From Vicugna vicugna (taxonomy: Eukaryota): a stretch of DNA of 64,000 nucleotides. A model generated the notes under the pieces. That model was given only the letters and a program-made list of their open reading frames with translations. It was not told the origin of the DNA and did not search any database. The position numbers were made by a program, and so were the translations under genes. Each line of letters begins with the position of its first letter. Position 1 is the first letter of the stretch. Location: positions 310,001 to 374,000 of the forward strand of contig MU058241.1 in NCBI GenBank assembly GCA_013265495.1, read 5' to 3'. Positions 11,104-24,544 of this stretch are shown here, piece after piece.

Positions 11104-14100
11104 AACTCTACTGGTTTAGTCTGAAGCGTCTTCTGCATGTAAGGACATTTCATTAGAAGTGGCAGCTGAGTTCTTAGGGGACCTTCCCTGCTAGTCTTGT
11201 CCTGCTTTGACCAGAAAGCTTTTCCGATGGGGATCTGGATGATTAATCCCATCAGGAGGTTCCTTCTACCACAGATTTATATTCATACTTGTAAAAATGG
11301 CAGCAGTGACATCTTCTGAACCACAGGTCATCCTCTAACTCCCTACGCTCACGTGAAGTTAAACTGGATGAAGGTATAGAGGGGAAAGAGACCATTTCTA
11401 CACTCCCAGTGTCTAGGGTATATTTTCAGAAAGTTGAGTTACATTTGAGCTCAATAGGGGAGAACCATAGCCTAATGTTTGGAAGTACTATTTTTAATTA
11501 TGGAGAAAGTTTGGTATGTCCAGTTAATACTTCCTCTTGCTTAGATAAAATGCTACTCGGTTATTAGTGGCTTACCAAAATATTTATTGCTAATTAAGTT
11601 CTAATTCTCAGAATATGTCCCAGTGTTCAAGAGATATTTTTAATTTTATTGCTGTCCCTGCAGCTGTTTATCTTCGGTCTTGTTTTGGTGAGTCATCCAA
11701 GCCATCTAATTTCCCAGTTTACAAATACCCTTTCTTGTATGGAGGGCATACACAACAGAAAAGGTCAGTGTTTAATTTCTATATTGTAAGAGAAATGTAA
11801 ATTTTATTTGGAACAGATAGGCAATGGCTTCAGTGTACCTCACTTAACAAGTTATTGAATTTATGTGATCTCAGGACAGAGTCAGGGCTGCTGTCTGTAC
11901 AGATAAACTACCCGAGTTCCTGAAAGCTGCAGGAGCCCTGGGACTTGGATTTCTTCACCTCCTCTCGGATTCTCAGAGCTACTCCAAGGAGACGAACTAG
12001 ATGCTTCCATAACTTTGAATGCAGCTCTCTCTATTACAGAATATGCATGAAGACCTGGAAAGAACATAGGGAAAGTATGCTTTCAAGTGACAATTGGAAG
12101 AAGAGTCCACTCTGCTTTTTGGCTTCTCAGCTGTTCGTGTTGTCCTGTTGTGGTGCTGGAGCAGGGCACAGGGGAAAGCAAGTTATTGTCTTAGGTGTAT
12201 CATGCAGTATAATGAAAAAGGGCACCAGTTCCAAAGACAGCATCATTGCTACCTATTTCGTAAAGGTGGTCTGGTAACCTTCCTTCCATTCGTAGATTGT
12301 CATTGACTACATTTTCTCATTTCTAGAAATTGACTTGACTAATTTTCAAATAACCTTGTTCTTTTCACGTAGTGTCCTATTCTTTTGTCGGGGTTTCTAT
12401 TCCTTAAAGAAAAAATCTGTGTTAAACATAATAAAGGGAACTTGAATAATCTTTAAGTAATTACCTTAGTTTTTAGGGCGCCAACGATAGATCTCTTTCA
12501 CAGCGGACCCTTTTGTTGTGGACCTTTGCATTCATTATGAGCTCACCTTCCGTAGTTCTTCCTTTTAGTATTCCATGTCAGGTTCAGGAGGAGCTTTATA
12601 GAACCACTTTGCATTTGCTTCTGCTATGAGGGATGAACTTTTTTGTTTTGGGATTCTTGCACCATGCAGTTAATCTACATTTTGACTATGATTTCTTATA
12701 GGAGTAATTTCTCGCCAACTCCAAAGTCCGGGAAGATGGTTATAGGATAATTCTCTCCTAGGAAGTTTTTCTCGTTGATCTTTAATGGACAGACAAATCC
12801 ACTAGGTTTTAATTCTGTCCTGTCACTTCATTAAGTCTCAAGGCTACATCTCTTATTCCACTGAATCCTCATCTCTTATTCCCTAATGTACACTTTAGTC
12901 CTGTATTTCTTCCTACTTTTCTGAACTGAGAATCCGGTATTACCACCTGAAAGTGGAGAAGCAACTATAGTCAGTTTCGATTATTTAATGTCCTTACCCA
13001 GGACACGCTTCTATGCTTGTGCCTGTCGAGGGTTTGTGTCTACAATGGGAATATCCATTTTCGGCTCCAGGCGGGCAAGGACCTCTCCAGGAAAAGGAGT
13101 CTGAAAATCTCTTGCATTTCTGTACTGCAGTAGAATACTCTCAGACACGGGGCAGAGTGCTCAGAAGCTGGAAAAAGCACATAAGCATTAACATGAGTTC
13201 CTACAGAAAGTAAGAAAGACTCTCATCAGGGACAGCAGCACTCAGGGCAGAGCATCATGGAAGCAGAACCGTGGGGGATGTGAGCAAGTGAACTGGCAGA
13301 ACTGCGAAGCTTGGACCGCACAAGAAAGGCGAATACTTCAGAGAGAAATCATTCTCTTCTGGCATTCCAACGTGAATTTTTGTTTGCTTTGTTAATCAGC
13401 TTCTTAGGAAGAGGCGCTGGAAGTTAATGACAAAATTGAATATCATGTTTGGTTGTCCATAATACTCAGATACACTCTCTGGGAAATTATACTTGTATTT
13501 TACCTTCTGTGTGTTGAGTTAGATGTTCTCAGTTAATCATTTTGATATTTTTGTGAAACGGAGAGGTAGAGGACTCCTTCATTTTCTTAGGCAAATGTCT
13601 CAACCGGGCAGCCCCTTAACCGACTATTTCATTTAAGAATCTGGTACATGGAGTTTAAGGCGGAAAGCTGCCAGCAGCCTTTATAGAATGCTCTGTCAAT
13701 GGAGTTTGTGTTGGTACAGGTGTGTTAGCGAGATACCCTCAGATTCTGTCCAGCTGGTCCTGAAAAGGATTCCTGTCCGTGTAGCTCAGCAGGCTGCAGG
13801 TTGCAAGATACATTCTTGAGATCATTACTGGCAAATGAGAGTCTGCCCTTGAATGTGCTTCTCAACTGCCCACTGAAGGAGAAACACAGCCTGCTGAGGA
13901 CAGTGGACAATGATACAGTCTTCAAGAACAAAAAGCAACTCTGCAGTGATCTTATTTAAACATATTTTTTTTTTCTGTTATACCTGTGTCCATCTTGCTG
14001 AGAGAAGTTTAGCTGTGGGCTTTTCTTCCACCGGCCCACATCCGTTGTTGAGTCTTGTTGATGACTCTCTAGAGAGGACCCCTTTTTATTTGAAGCCCTG

Positions 14101-15544
14101 GTCAATCTAAAACATTTCCTTTGCTGGAGCAGTTTGCAAGCGTGCTGGTAATTTCTTGTGCAGGAGCCCTTCCTGGGTGTTTTGTAAAACCAGCTCTCTT
14201 TGAATGCTGTCAAATCAGAACCAAGAAAGTAGAGTCCACAGTTAAACAGAACAAAACCTCAGGCAGTTCCTTTGAGGAGCAATGTTCTTTGCCAACCAAG
14301 GCACCCCCTATCTTTGTTTTGCTCTCTCTCATCGTTTATTTTACTGGCCCTCCACTGGAGTTTGGCAGGCATTAGCTGAGAACCTTTGATTTAAATACAG
14401 CTTTATTTATTGTGACATATATCCCACTTTGAACATTCATTGCTTCAGTATATTGCCTTGCCCGAAATAATGCTATTCTTCTTTTTTTGTTTTTTTTCCT
14501 CTCTCTATATGGATCTTTAATAGCCTTCAGACAGTGTTGCAATTTTTATTATTAATTCAATGAACTTAGAGTGCATTGCTGTTTCACAAACTGGTTTCCA
14601 TCTATTTTCTCTCTTTCTTTCCATGCTTATCCTCAGTTTTCTGCTGAGGCAATGACATTGTTGTGCTCTGTTCCAGTCCAGTGGAAATTGGACAGCCTTG
14701 ATGTAACCCTTGCCTTCAGCTGCAAAGACATCACAACATTGCCCAACTTTTGCCTGGTTTACCAGATGTCCTCCAAGGCAGCCTTAACCCAAAGTCTTTG
14801 GTTTAAAGGGCTTTGTTCTCATTAAGGGGAATCAGGGCTGTGTGGAATGAGGCCCACACAGACACACACCTGAACAATGTTAGAGCAAATGTAGTTCCCT
14901 TATTTAAAGAAAACTGAGATATTTCTGGAATATGAGCTTGATTCCTGCCTTTCTGTGGTTTTACTACCCGCCACCCAGGGAGATGAAGTCTTAACTCAGT
15001 AAGAACATCTTGCACAGCCCCTGACTTCATTTGCTTCATTTCTATGACTGTTCATGAGTTTTGGAAGTGTCTCCTAGACTGCGACCCCTAGAATAATTTT
15101 ATTATCTTCATATTTCATTGTGGATAGCTTCAGTGGAGAACTGGGCTACAGGACAACTGAGATTTGAGATTTTAATTAGCTTAGATTTATGAGGATGAAC
15201 TAAAAAGTTCATCCATAAACAAAGCTGTGATTGAACTTAGCGCAGTGCCATGTTAAACTGGCTATATCTAGTACCAAGTGGACATCTTTGTAGTGCTTCA
15301 GCTTTTATTACATTTTCTTTAGACTGATAACAAAAGAGCAAAAGTGTGACAAAAAAAAAATCCCTCCAGATCGTATCAGAGCTCATAGCTGCATAAATGA
15401 CAAGCAAGACAAATGAATGTTATAGTCATCGCCTCCCTTTGAACCAAGTAAAACAATATGCAGGAATTATTTTGGGCTGGGATAAACTTGTGATTCCAAG
15501 TCTGTATCTGAATAGTACTCAGTGAGTAGCTAAATGTCCCTCAC

Positions 15545-15949
15545 TGTGTTATGTGTTTGTGTCCTCCTCCCCCAAATTCACGTGTTGAGGTCATAACCCT
15601 CAAGTCCCTCAGAATGTGACCATTTTTGGAGACTGGATCTTTATGTTGGAGATCAAGTTAAAACAAGGTCCTTTGGCCCTTTGGTGGGCCTCCATCCAAC
15701 ATGACTAGTATCCTTGTGAAAAGGAGACATTTTCTCAGAAACAGTCCCACATAGAGGGAATACCAGGCGAAGTAACACAGAGAGAGTATTGCTGTCCACA
15801 AGGAGAAGAGAATGGTCTGGAACAAGCCTTCCCTCGAGGCCCCGAGGAGGACCCAAGCCCAGCCTCTGGAACTGCGACACAATAGATTTATGTTGTTTGC
15901 GTTCCCGGTCTCCGGTACTTTGATGTGGTGGCCCTGGTAAACTAAGACA
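15545..15949 (+). mobile_element. MaLR solo LTR (MLT1B-like)
   Basis: 'ccccaaattcacgtgttgagg...cctcagaatgtgacc', 'catgactagtatccttgtgaaaaggaga', and the end 'gccctggtaaactaagaca'. Confidence 0.88.
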
Positions 15950-16097
15950 TCCTGGCAAGTTCTCCCTTCTGCACTGACAGTCGGCTAGATCGTGGGTTAT
16001 CCGTGCCTTTTCCTCCCCCAGCCCGGGTCGTATCTTGTTTTTGTCATTGCTGAGTAGTTGCTCTCTTTGACAACAGGGAGATGAGATGGATGTTAAC

Positions 16098-16552
16098 TGC
16101 ACTAGTGATCTATTGCTGTATAAGAAATTACCACGAAGCTCAGCCGTTCAAAACAACGATCATTGATGATCATGTGTAATCTCATTAATATCAGTTATTA
16201 TGCATTTCCTGTTTTACCATTGCCATGGGCTGGGAATGTGTCTGCCTCTCAGCTGGGTCCTCTGGTTTCTTTGTTTGTTTCAATTGAAGTATAGTCAGTT
16301 ACAATGTGTCAGTTTCTGGTGTACAGCATAATGTCCCAGTCATGCATTACATATTAGATTATTACAAGATATTGAATATTGTTCCCTGTGCAATACAGAA
16401 GAAATGTGTTTTTGTCTGTTTTTATATATAGGGGTTAACATAAGCCTCTCAAAGGCTACCATCCGAGTGCTGGACTGCGGAATCTCCAGGCCCACCTGGA
16501 GGAGGCTTTGCGTCCATGCCGTTCATGTGGCTGGCAATGAGGTTCAGTTCCT
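16098..16552 (-). mobile_element. MaLR LTR (MLT1E/F-like), interrupted by an L1 fragment
   Basis: 'tctattgctgtataagaaattaccac...aaaacaac', 'cagctgggtcctctgg', 'catgtggctggca...ttcagttcct'. Confidence 0.7.
16266..16438 (-). mobile_element. Short camelid-type L1 3' fragment
   Basis: 'aattgaagtatagtcagttacaatgtgtcagtttctggtgtacagcataatgtcccagtcat'. Confidence 0.88.
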
Positions 16553-18100
16553 ATTTTCCTGGCTTCAGTCTTTGTTGTTGAAAATCAGCTGTTAGCCTGT
16601 CACTCCTTCGAGGGCGATCTTCCTTTTTTCCCCTCTCTTTTTAAGATTTTCTTTGATGGTTTTAAATTTTATTGTGACTTGTTCAGCTGCGCATTTTTAT
16701 TCATGAATTTTCCTTAGGATTTCTGGGAAATCTTGAGTTTGTAGATTTATGTCTTTTACCCATTCTGGAAAGAAAGTCTTTTATCATATTATTTCCTCTG
16801 TGCTGTTAGCTTTCATGTATTCTGGGACTCTGAGAAGACATTTTATATCTTCTCCATCCTCTGTTTCCAAACGTCTCTTTCTTCTTTTGCATTGATTTGT
16901 TTTGCGGGGCTGTGTTCTGGATGATATCTGCCCCATCCTTCTGTTACCTACTTGTCTCTTCAGCCATGTTTAGTCTGCTGCTGTCCTCATTTATGGAATT
17001 TTAATTTTCTTTCCTTTTGCTTTCCATCTCTGGTTGATTCTTTTCAGCTCTGCTAGGTCACTTTTTATAGTAGTCTCATATTTCATTCCTTTATTCCAGT
17101 ATAGTCGCCTACATTTCATTCCTTTAAACATAATCAGCAAGTTTGTTGTAGATTCAGTGTCTGATAATTTCAGTATCTGAAGCTTTTGCAAGTCTGGTTT
17201 TTTCTGTCTCTTTATTTTAATTCCTCCTTGTGGTGCCGAGTGAACTTGTGTGTTTGCTGATTTTCCTTTACTTGTGAAATGTGTGCTTTTTCCTTGGAAA
17301 ATTATTTTGAGAATTCTCTAAGGCGTAAGAGGAGAGTATGTTCCACGGAGACAAATTGTACTTGTTCTGCTGGGTACTTGGGACCAGGTCTCGCTCCACC
17401 AAATGCTTGTAACCTTTTGCAGACCAAGTATGGAAAATAAGAGTGACATTTGGAAATTTTTATAATAACTTGACATTGCTACAGACAGCATCAACATGCT
17501 GTGTTTGTCCTTTTTTCCATATCATTTTTTGTGCAATTTATTTTTATTACATTTTACTAAAGTTCCCATGGATTGGAAATGAAACAAACAGCCCAGCTCG
17601 CCACCACAAATAATTTTAGAGGTTCTTGAGCTAAACTGATAGCTTAACATTCTTTGGACTTCTCATGTGGTAGGACTTTGTGTTGCAAATTCACATTAGT
17701 GCTAGGTTTACTAATTTTTTTTTTAACAACTTCTCGGTATTTATTCCTTTACTGCTTTTCTCAGGACCCAGGAAAGTGTTCTTGTCGCCCTTTAACGGTA
17801 TAATCTGGTGTGAGTCTATTTTGCTTCGAATTTACACTGAGGGTATAGCACTTTTGAAGTCCCATATTTGAGGCAGAAGTATTCTTTATTGAACTTTCCA
17901 CCCTGGGTGAGCCCTGGGTTTTCTCTTCTGTCTCCTGCACCTTCTGAGGAATTAAATACTAAAACTAACATTCACCACATTGGCCAGATGCCCTCAGGGA
18001 AAAATGGCTTTAGGTTTCTGCTGTCCTTTATTGATTCTTGGCTACACTTTGATTTTGGCCTGATAAATTCACATAATCTTGTCAACCCTTTAATGTTAAA
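16553..18100 (-). mobile_element. Ancient L1ME-type ORF1/5' remnant (interrupted at 17385-17630)
   Basis: 'gttgaaaatcagctgttagcctg', 'gtagatttatgtctttta', 'ttcagtgtctgataatttcagtatctgaag'. Confidence 0.6.
17385..17630. mobile_element. hAT-Charlie relic (MER113-like)
   Basis: 'tgcaatttatttttattacattttactaaag...catggattggaaat...caccacaaataattttagagg'. Confidence 0.55.
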
Positions 18101-18349
18101 ATGCCTATGTGTAAGTATATGTGTATTTGCTTCCTTTCAACAAACATAGAAAGAGGCTCAGTAAGGATAAAGGATTCATTCAAGGTCTCAGGTCAGAGTG
18201 CATGTGTGAACCCAAAACTAGGTCTGCCGAGTGCCTTCCAGGGTTGTTCCTCCTGAGTCAAAGCAGGACTTCCCTGTATCCTCTAAAAGAGGGCATCCTG
18301 TGGGTGGTATTGCTCACCTGGCATTTCCTTCAGTATGGAAACATTATAA

Positions 18350-19060
18350 ACTAATGTTAAAGCAATAACACACACTGAAGATGTGTGGAAAATGGGTACT
18401 TTCATGTATTGCTGATGATAATGTGAATGTCTATAGCCCTTTTGATATTAATATGTCGATAACTGTTAAAATGTTAAAGGCATACTCTTTGACCCAGCCA
18501 TCCCACCTTGGAGAAATGAAGCTCAGTAAGTGAGGATCAGTGTTCCAGGATATATACTGACCATTCATTGTTCAAGCTGACAAAGGAAACAAAGGAAATG
18601 CCCTTCAACAGAGGGATCATCGAGTAAATTAGAATTCATTAACATGGCATATCATGTCATGCAGCCGTTCAGAAGGATGGATTCGAATATATCAGGTGGT
18701 GTACAGGAAACTCTATGACACACTGTTGAGCGGGGAAAGAAAAAAACAGAGAAGTATGTGTAATATTCTGTAATATCCCATTTTTTAAGACAAGGACAAA
18801 ATTCTGTGTGTCTATATAATTATGAAGAAAAACATGAACGGTACCGTCTAGATTCTTCGCCTGGGTTACCAGGGAGGGCGGTGGCATCAGAGTCCGCGGT
18901 AAAAAGGAATGGTATGAGTGGGAGGGGAAGACAAGCGAAACCACACACGCACGCGCGCACACAGACACACACAGACACACACACACACACAGTGCTGCTA
19001 CAACAGTCAGCTAACATGTATGAGATAATCACCTTTGGGCATTGTGTAAAATTATGTGTA
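18350..19060 (+). mobile_element. Ancient L1ME 3' end
   Basis: 'catactctttgacccagccatcccacc', 'aaatgcccttcaacagaggg', 'catgcagccgttcagaaggatg'. Contains a (CA)n tract at ~18942-18990. Confidence 0.75.
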
Positions 19061-21407
19061 TATGTTTAAAAAGATTTTAGAGTAAAGTAAAATAAATCGA
19101 CAGGAAAGGCGTTTGTTAAGGTAGAAAGTGCTGTAGTGATTGGCCTGGGTCTTAGGGAGAAAGACGAACAGGCTGCCTGCTGTCTCATTGCCTTCCGGGT
19201 GGTGGCCGTGGACGTGGGCTGTCCTTGAGCCTACTCTGGAACTTTGCTCACCTGCCTTCTCCCTTCTGGCTCTTCGTCCATACCTGGTGATGGCAGAGAA
19301 GATCTCAGTGTACAGCCCCTCCTCTCGGGAGCATGTGTGTGTTACTGTTGGCACGTGTGGTCAATGTAAGGGAGCCTACGGTGAGGACTGTGGTGCTGTC
19401 TCATGTCCTCGATGAGCATATGCTGAGTACCAACTGTGTGCTGCGTGCCCCGCCGAACACTGGGCTTCCAGAGCCGAATATGGAACCCTGGCCTCCAGCT
19501 TGCTTATCGCTTTGTTTGGCATTTAGAAGACAACCCTGTAATGGAACATGAAAAACCAACAAGACAAATGGAAAAGAGTTTCTTTAAGAAACTGAGCAAT
19601 CAGGTGTATTTTGCTGATCTTTTGAAAAAGAGAAGCAAGGAAATGTGGACTCTTTTTGTCATTCTCTCTAGCGGTGGAGCTGACCTTAGTTTAAAGCAGT
19701 GTTCAGTGTGTCACCGCATGTGTTCCTCTGTGCTTAAAGGCATGATTGTTGCTTAGTTAACGTTAAACAGTGCAGAGGCAGCTCTTTGGTTACAGACCTG
19801 TTTCGGTACCATCTGAGTGCAGTGAGCATCCCTGTTTCAATCAAGTGAATAACACACAAGTCATTGCTTTATTTCCGCATTATTTGCAGAATCCTAAAAA
19901 AACACCCCAAAGCCCCAAATCCTCCAAACCCAAAACTGTGCCCACAAGCCCCCAGGAGTAGCAGCTCAGTGTTAGTCTGGGTGACTTAGCAATCTGAAAG
20001 TGTGGTGCTCCCCGTTCTCATAGACTGCGGGGAGCTACTTTCAGATGGGACCATCCAGGATGTGTTTATCCCCCGCTCCCATCCCGTGAAGCACTTGTGC
20101 CTCTGGCCACCATGCCCTGCCTTCCGGAGACAAGTGCCCTGGACTCTCAGGGTGTTCAGCACAGATACTGGCTCGTTGTCAATGCTCCTCTCTCCAGCTA
20201 TGCCCTGCTTTTCATTCTGGGTGTGTCCCCCCTAGGATATTTCACAGGTCCCTTCATCATCTAGTTTCTACTTCCTTCTATTTCTATCTCCTCCACAACC
20301 CACTGCATCCACATGGCTTTCCCACCCCTGCTGCACGGGCTCCAGGCACAGTTCTCCCAAGTCCCTAGTCCTTCTGAATCATGATCTTCCTTTTACCAAG
20401 AGGCCCAGGTGTTTTGTTTGCACACCGAAGTATGAGCAGCATCACCCTAGAGCACCAGATTTATGCTTTCATTATAACACACATTGTGTTGTAACTTTCT
20501 CCAGACTCATCAGCATTCTCTGCCAGGTTGCAGTCTAAGGTCTGAGGTCACCTGGGTCGTCTGTGCACTCACAATGCCTAGGAACTTAGTAATTTAATAA
20601 ATGTATCTAAAGAGAGAGGACAGTGGGGTTCCCAGTGGAAAAAGTTTGGCCATGGATGAAGATTGTGAAGTCAGTTGTGTTTGCCGAGGAGGTAGGCTCT
20701 TGTAAGCAGCTGGGATTGGCTGGGGAGATTCTTTACAGCAACAAGAGAAGAGAGTTCTGATTCTAAACCATGTCAACATTAGGAAGAAGTTGATAAATTT
20801 GAAAAAAAAAAAAACGTGATGCCATGTAAGTCGAAGGAGGAGGGATCGGAAATACTGGAAGAAGCCATGGTGACTGTGAGGACTCAGGCCCGAGAAAGGA
20901 GGGGTGTTCAGTCATGAAAGAGCCTCAGGCCAATGACATTCAATGATGCTTCAAGTCCTGGGTTTACGATGAATTAGGAGGTCTCACGTGGTTTCAGGGC
21001 TTTCGTTCCAGTGATGTGTGAAGAAGAGTGCTTGTCATGAGCTGGAAAGTGAACAGCAGGTGACGTGGTGACATTTGGCATGAGGAATCGTGACCCTAGT
21101 TTGAAGGGCAGAGCAAGGATTTTCTGAGGAGGAAGGAATGCATGTCTTCTCTTCCCTTTAGGAGTAAAAAGCCTCTTACAGCAGTAGCCATGGCTTTCTG
21201 GCCGTTATTTATGCCCAGAGGCAGTCCATTATCTGTAGGAATCCACTATCTGTGTTTTAGTTGTAATGGATTTAGTTGTAAAAGATCCAGGGAACAAAAT
21301 AAATAGGAGAGAAGTCCAAAAACAAGGGAGCAGTTAAATGACTCATTCTAGAGAAGAGGCAGTTTTAGGGAGTCAGATGTTTAGCTCAGTTTAGCTCAGA
21401 TGTCCAG

Positions 21408-21495
21408 CTGGGGCCAGGACTAGGGCGAGGCGAGTGAGGCACCCCTTGAAATTTTGCACACGAGGCACTTGCCTCATCCTAGCACTGTCCCCGTG
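21408..21495. mobile_element. Internally deleted hAT MITE (MER96-like), 88 bp
   Basis: Inverted ends 'gggccaggactagggcgaggcgagtg' and 'cacttgcctcatcctagcactgtccc'. 8-bp TSD atgtccag / aggtccag. Confidence 0.8.
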
Positions 21496-23309
21496 AGGTC
21501 CAGCTAATTGGGATATTTTTCTTTGGGGTGACCGGGTTGCGTACCATTCAGGAGAACTGACATTTGGCAAGTTGTTCAGAGACAGCGTCCTCTCCTCTTC
21601 AGTATTCTACGTCCTCTCAGCTCCAAATCGTGTATTTATTTCAAGCTACTTCATTTCTTATCAGAAGAAGATACATTTTATGACTGAGTTTTTTCCAGAA
21701 GAGATTAACTCCAGAAATATCCAGCAATTTTAATATATCTGCATCAGGGAACAAGGCCATATTATCTCCAATTAACTAACAATGAGCTTCTTTTGTTAAG
21801 CCATATAATGAGTAATTTAGAGCTTTCAGCCTATCTTTGGAGGATAAAATGTTCTGTGATGTGCAGAGTAGGCTTGCTCCTGAGAGACAAATTTAGAAAA
21901 ATGTTTGTTCAATTTCATGATAAAGGCTATATTTACACCAGGGGGAAAAGCTGAGCATTTGGAAAATCTGTGCAGCCTTGCGATGGAATTCCTTCAGTTG
22001 TATCGCATGCTTCATTTTTCTCTCAGCCCCAATTTAGCTTCGATTACTATAAAAACAGCAGCAGGTTATAGAGGTTTTCAAGGGGTTTCAAAACCTGAGG
22101 GAAAATATCGTCCCTTTTTCTGGCAAATACAGACATTGCCGCACTTATTTTGATCATGAGGAAAGGAATAAATCTTAGAAAAGCGTTTTTAGCAATTTCT
22201 GAAATCATGTTTCCCTCTAAAATATCAACAACAAAACCTCCTGTTAAGGAAAGAGCATCCTAACAACTCTTTTCTTCCGCTTCCAAAAACGCCTCGTGGC
22301 TGGCCGACGTGGTCAGATGGCTTGAAAGGACTTTAAGGAATGAAGATGTCACCTCTTAAATTTGCGTAAATATTTCAAGATGCTCCTTTCCAACCCAGCC
22401 ATATTTTAAAATTTGTGTCATTATGATGTTATCCTTGATCACTCTCATGTGGTCTCAGCACAGAAATGGAGGACTCCTCCAAAATACTCCTCCAAGTATT
22501 ATTTATTCATATGCCAGCAAAAAAGAAACGTCCAGATGTGGAGGTCGGGGAGCAAGGGATCCCTGGGAGGGCATTCGAAAGGCCGGCTGGGTGGGAAAAG
22601 CATCTGTTCATGGAGGAAACTGATTGTAAGCGTCCGTGTTGTTAGCCAGTGGACCCAGCTTTCTGGGGAGATGGAGTGATCAGTAATAGAGAAAGTTAGG
22701 CATGAGTGTGAGTGTAAAGGGGGTGTGGAAAGAAAAGCAGGTTAGAAGGATGGTGTCTGGGCTCTGTGAGGAACTGGGAAGGCCCACAGCAAAACAGGGA
22801 TTTGACTGAGTGTAGCTGACAGGTTAAATCATTCTCAGGGTCACTGCCTCTCTGCTCCAGCTATTTTTAGCACATGCAAAAAAAGTCAGAGACTAGCCTT
22901 TCCATTTAGTTTAGTTGTGGTAACTCTGTGTTCCCTATTTTGAACTGGATGAAAGATTCACTTCCCAAGATGCTAAATAATGGTATGAACGGTCTGGTAG
23001 TGATGTTGTTGGCCATGAGAGGGGGAGGACCATGAGCAATGGAAGAGGTGGTTTTCAGCAGGAAAGAGATAGTTGGGGAGAAAACTTATGTGAAGGAGAA
23101 ATACAGGGAGAGATTATCGGTGATTGGGGAAAAGCCTGTGTAATCAGGACCCGTCACAGTGGGTGTGAGAACAGCACAGGATGCGGAAAGATTAATACCA
23201 CTGTCCTTGTCCGTGAGACAAGGAAGTTGTGGGGTCTCGTGGGAGCAGTGTGGATGGTGGTGAAGTAGACACTTGGTCAGTATACATCACAACTCAGTAG
23301 ATCCTGAGC

Positions 23310-24075
23310 TGCCTCTCATAAATTGTCGTTGCATCCTAGTAAAATCCAGTTCCTCCCAATGGCCCACCAGGCCCTGCACATTATGCCCTGCTGTGGTAAG
23401 CAGGCTTTAAAGGGGGCCCCTGATGGTCCTTGCCTCCTGATCATCATAGCCTCTGTGATCTCATCCTTTTGAGTGTAGACTGTGACTCACTTCTTAAAAG
23501 AAAAATTCAGCGAAAGGGATGGCATGTCAATTCTCTGCTCAGGTTACAAAAGACTGTGCCTCTGGCTTGTTAGAAGATCTTCATTGCTGGCTTTGATGAA
23601 GCAGCCTGCCTTGTGGGAGAGGCCTCTGTGACCAGGAACTGAGGGTGACCTTCCATCCGTAGCAGCAAGTTACCGAGGCCCGAGATCCAGGATCTCTCAG
23701 GCAACTAAATTCTACCCACAGCCACATGAGCAGATTCTTCCCCAGTGCAGCCTTTGAGTGGGCTCTCAGATGAAGTCGCAGCCCCGAGGGACTGCATCAG
23801 AGGGTGCAGTTCTGTCATGCTCAGCCTCCTCCCCACACACACTGTGAACTTATAAATGTGTGTAATTTTAAGCCACTAAATTTGTGTAATATTACATGAT
23901 AGTAGACAGTTTAATTTTGCTTACTGTCAGTTTCTTCTCCATCCCTACTAGAATGTAAACTAGTTAAAAAAAAAGCAGGGACATTTTTGTCGGTTTTGTT
24001 TTTTCCACCAGTGCATCTTGGACCCTGTAATCATGCCTGACATGGAGTATTTGTTGAATGTACTTGTTGAACAAA
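23310..24075 (+). mobile_element. L2 3' end split by an MLT1 LTR
   Basis: 'taaaatccagttcctc..atggcccaccaggccctgca' and 'actagaatgtaaact...gcagggac...atgcctgacatggagt...ttgttgaatg'. Confidence 0.7.
23392..23915 (+). mobile_element. MaLR solo LTR (MLT1F-like)
   Basis: Starts 'tgtggtaagcag'. Contains 'ggttacaaaagactgtg', 'gctggctttgatgaagcag' and 'ttttaagccactaaatttg'. Confidence 0.85.
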
Positions 24076-24544
24076 TCAGCGGTATTTAGGAATGGCACAA
24101 CTAAATCATTCTTTCCAAATAAGTTAAATCCATATTCTTTCAAATTCACTTTGTGTACAAATACATCTTGTCTTTATTGAAATATATATGCATATATACA
24201 TACACAAAAGTAGTTTAAACATGTAAAGGTTTTAAGTATACATACACACACAGACAAGTTACATTATGAATACATGAATCTGAATTGGATGTGGGTACAA
24301 ACCATTTCACTTTGTGCCTAAGAGGGTAATTGCAGCACAGGCATTAGTCAGGAATTTGGTTGGTATTTCCGTTCTTCGTTGCTCTGCGTCCCGTGATTAC
24401 TGTCTCTGTTTCCAGGGAGTAGCTATGCTGATGTAAGCCCAGCGGTGGGCGTAGTGGGTGTGGAAAGCTGCCTTCCTGTGAAAGGCAGTGCCTTCAAAAC
24501 GGACTATTCCTTCTTGGTGTTTCATTGCCTTTTCATGAAATAGC

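Noticed and set aside
24341..24354. 14-bp exact match 'ggcattagtcagga' recurring near 51950
   Set aside because: Several 14-mer matches are expected by chance in 64 kb, and this one does not extend.
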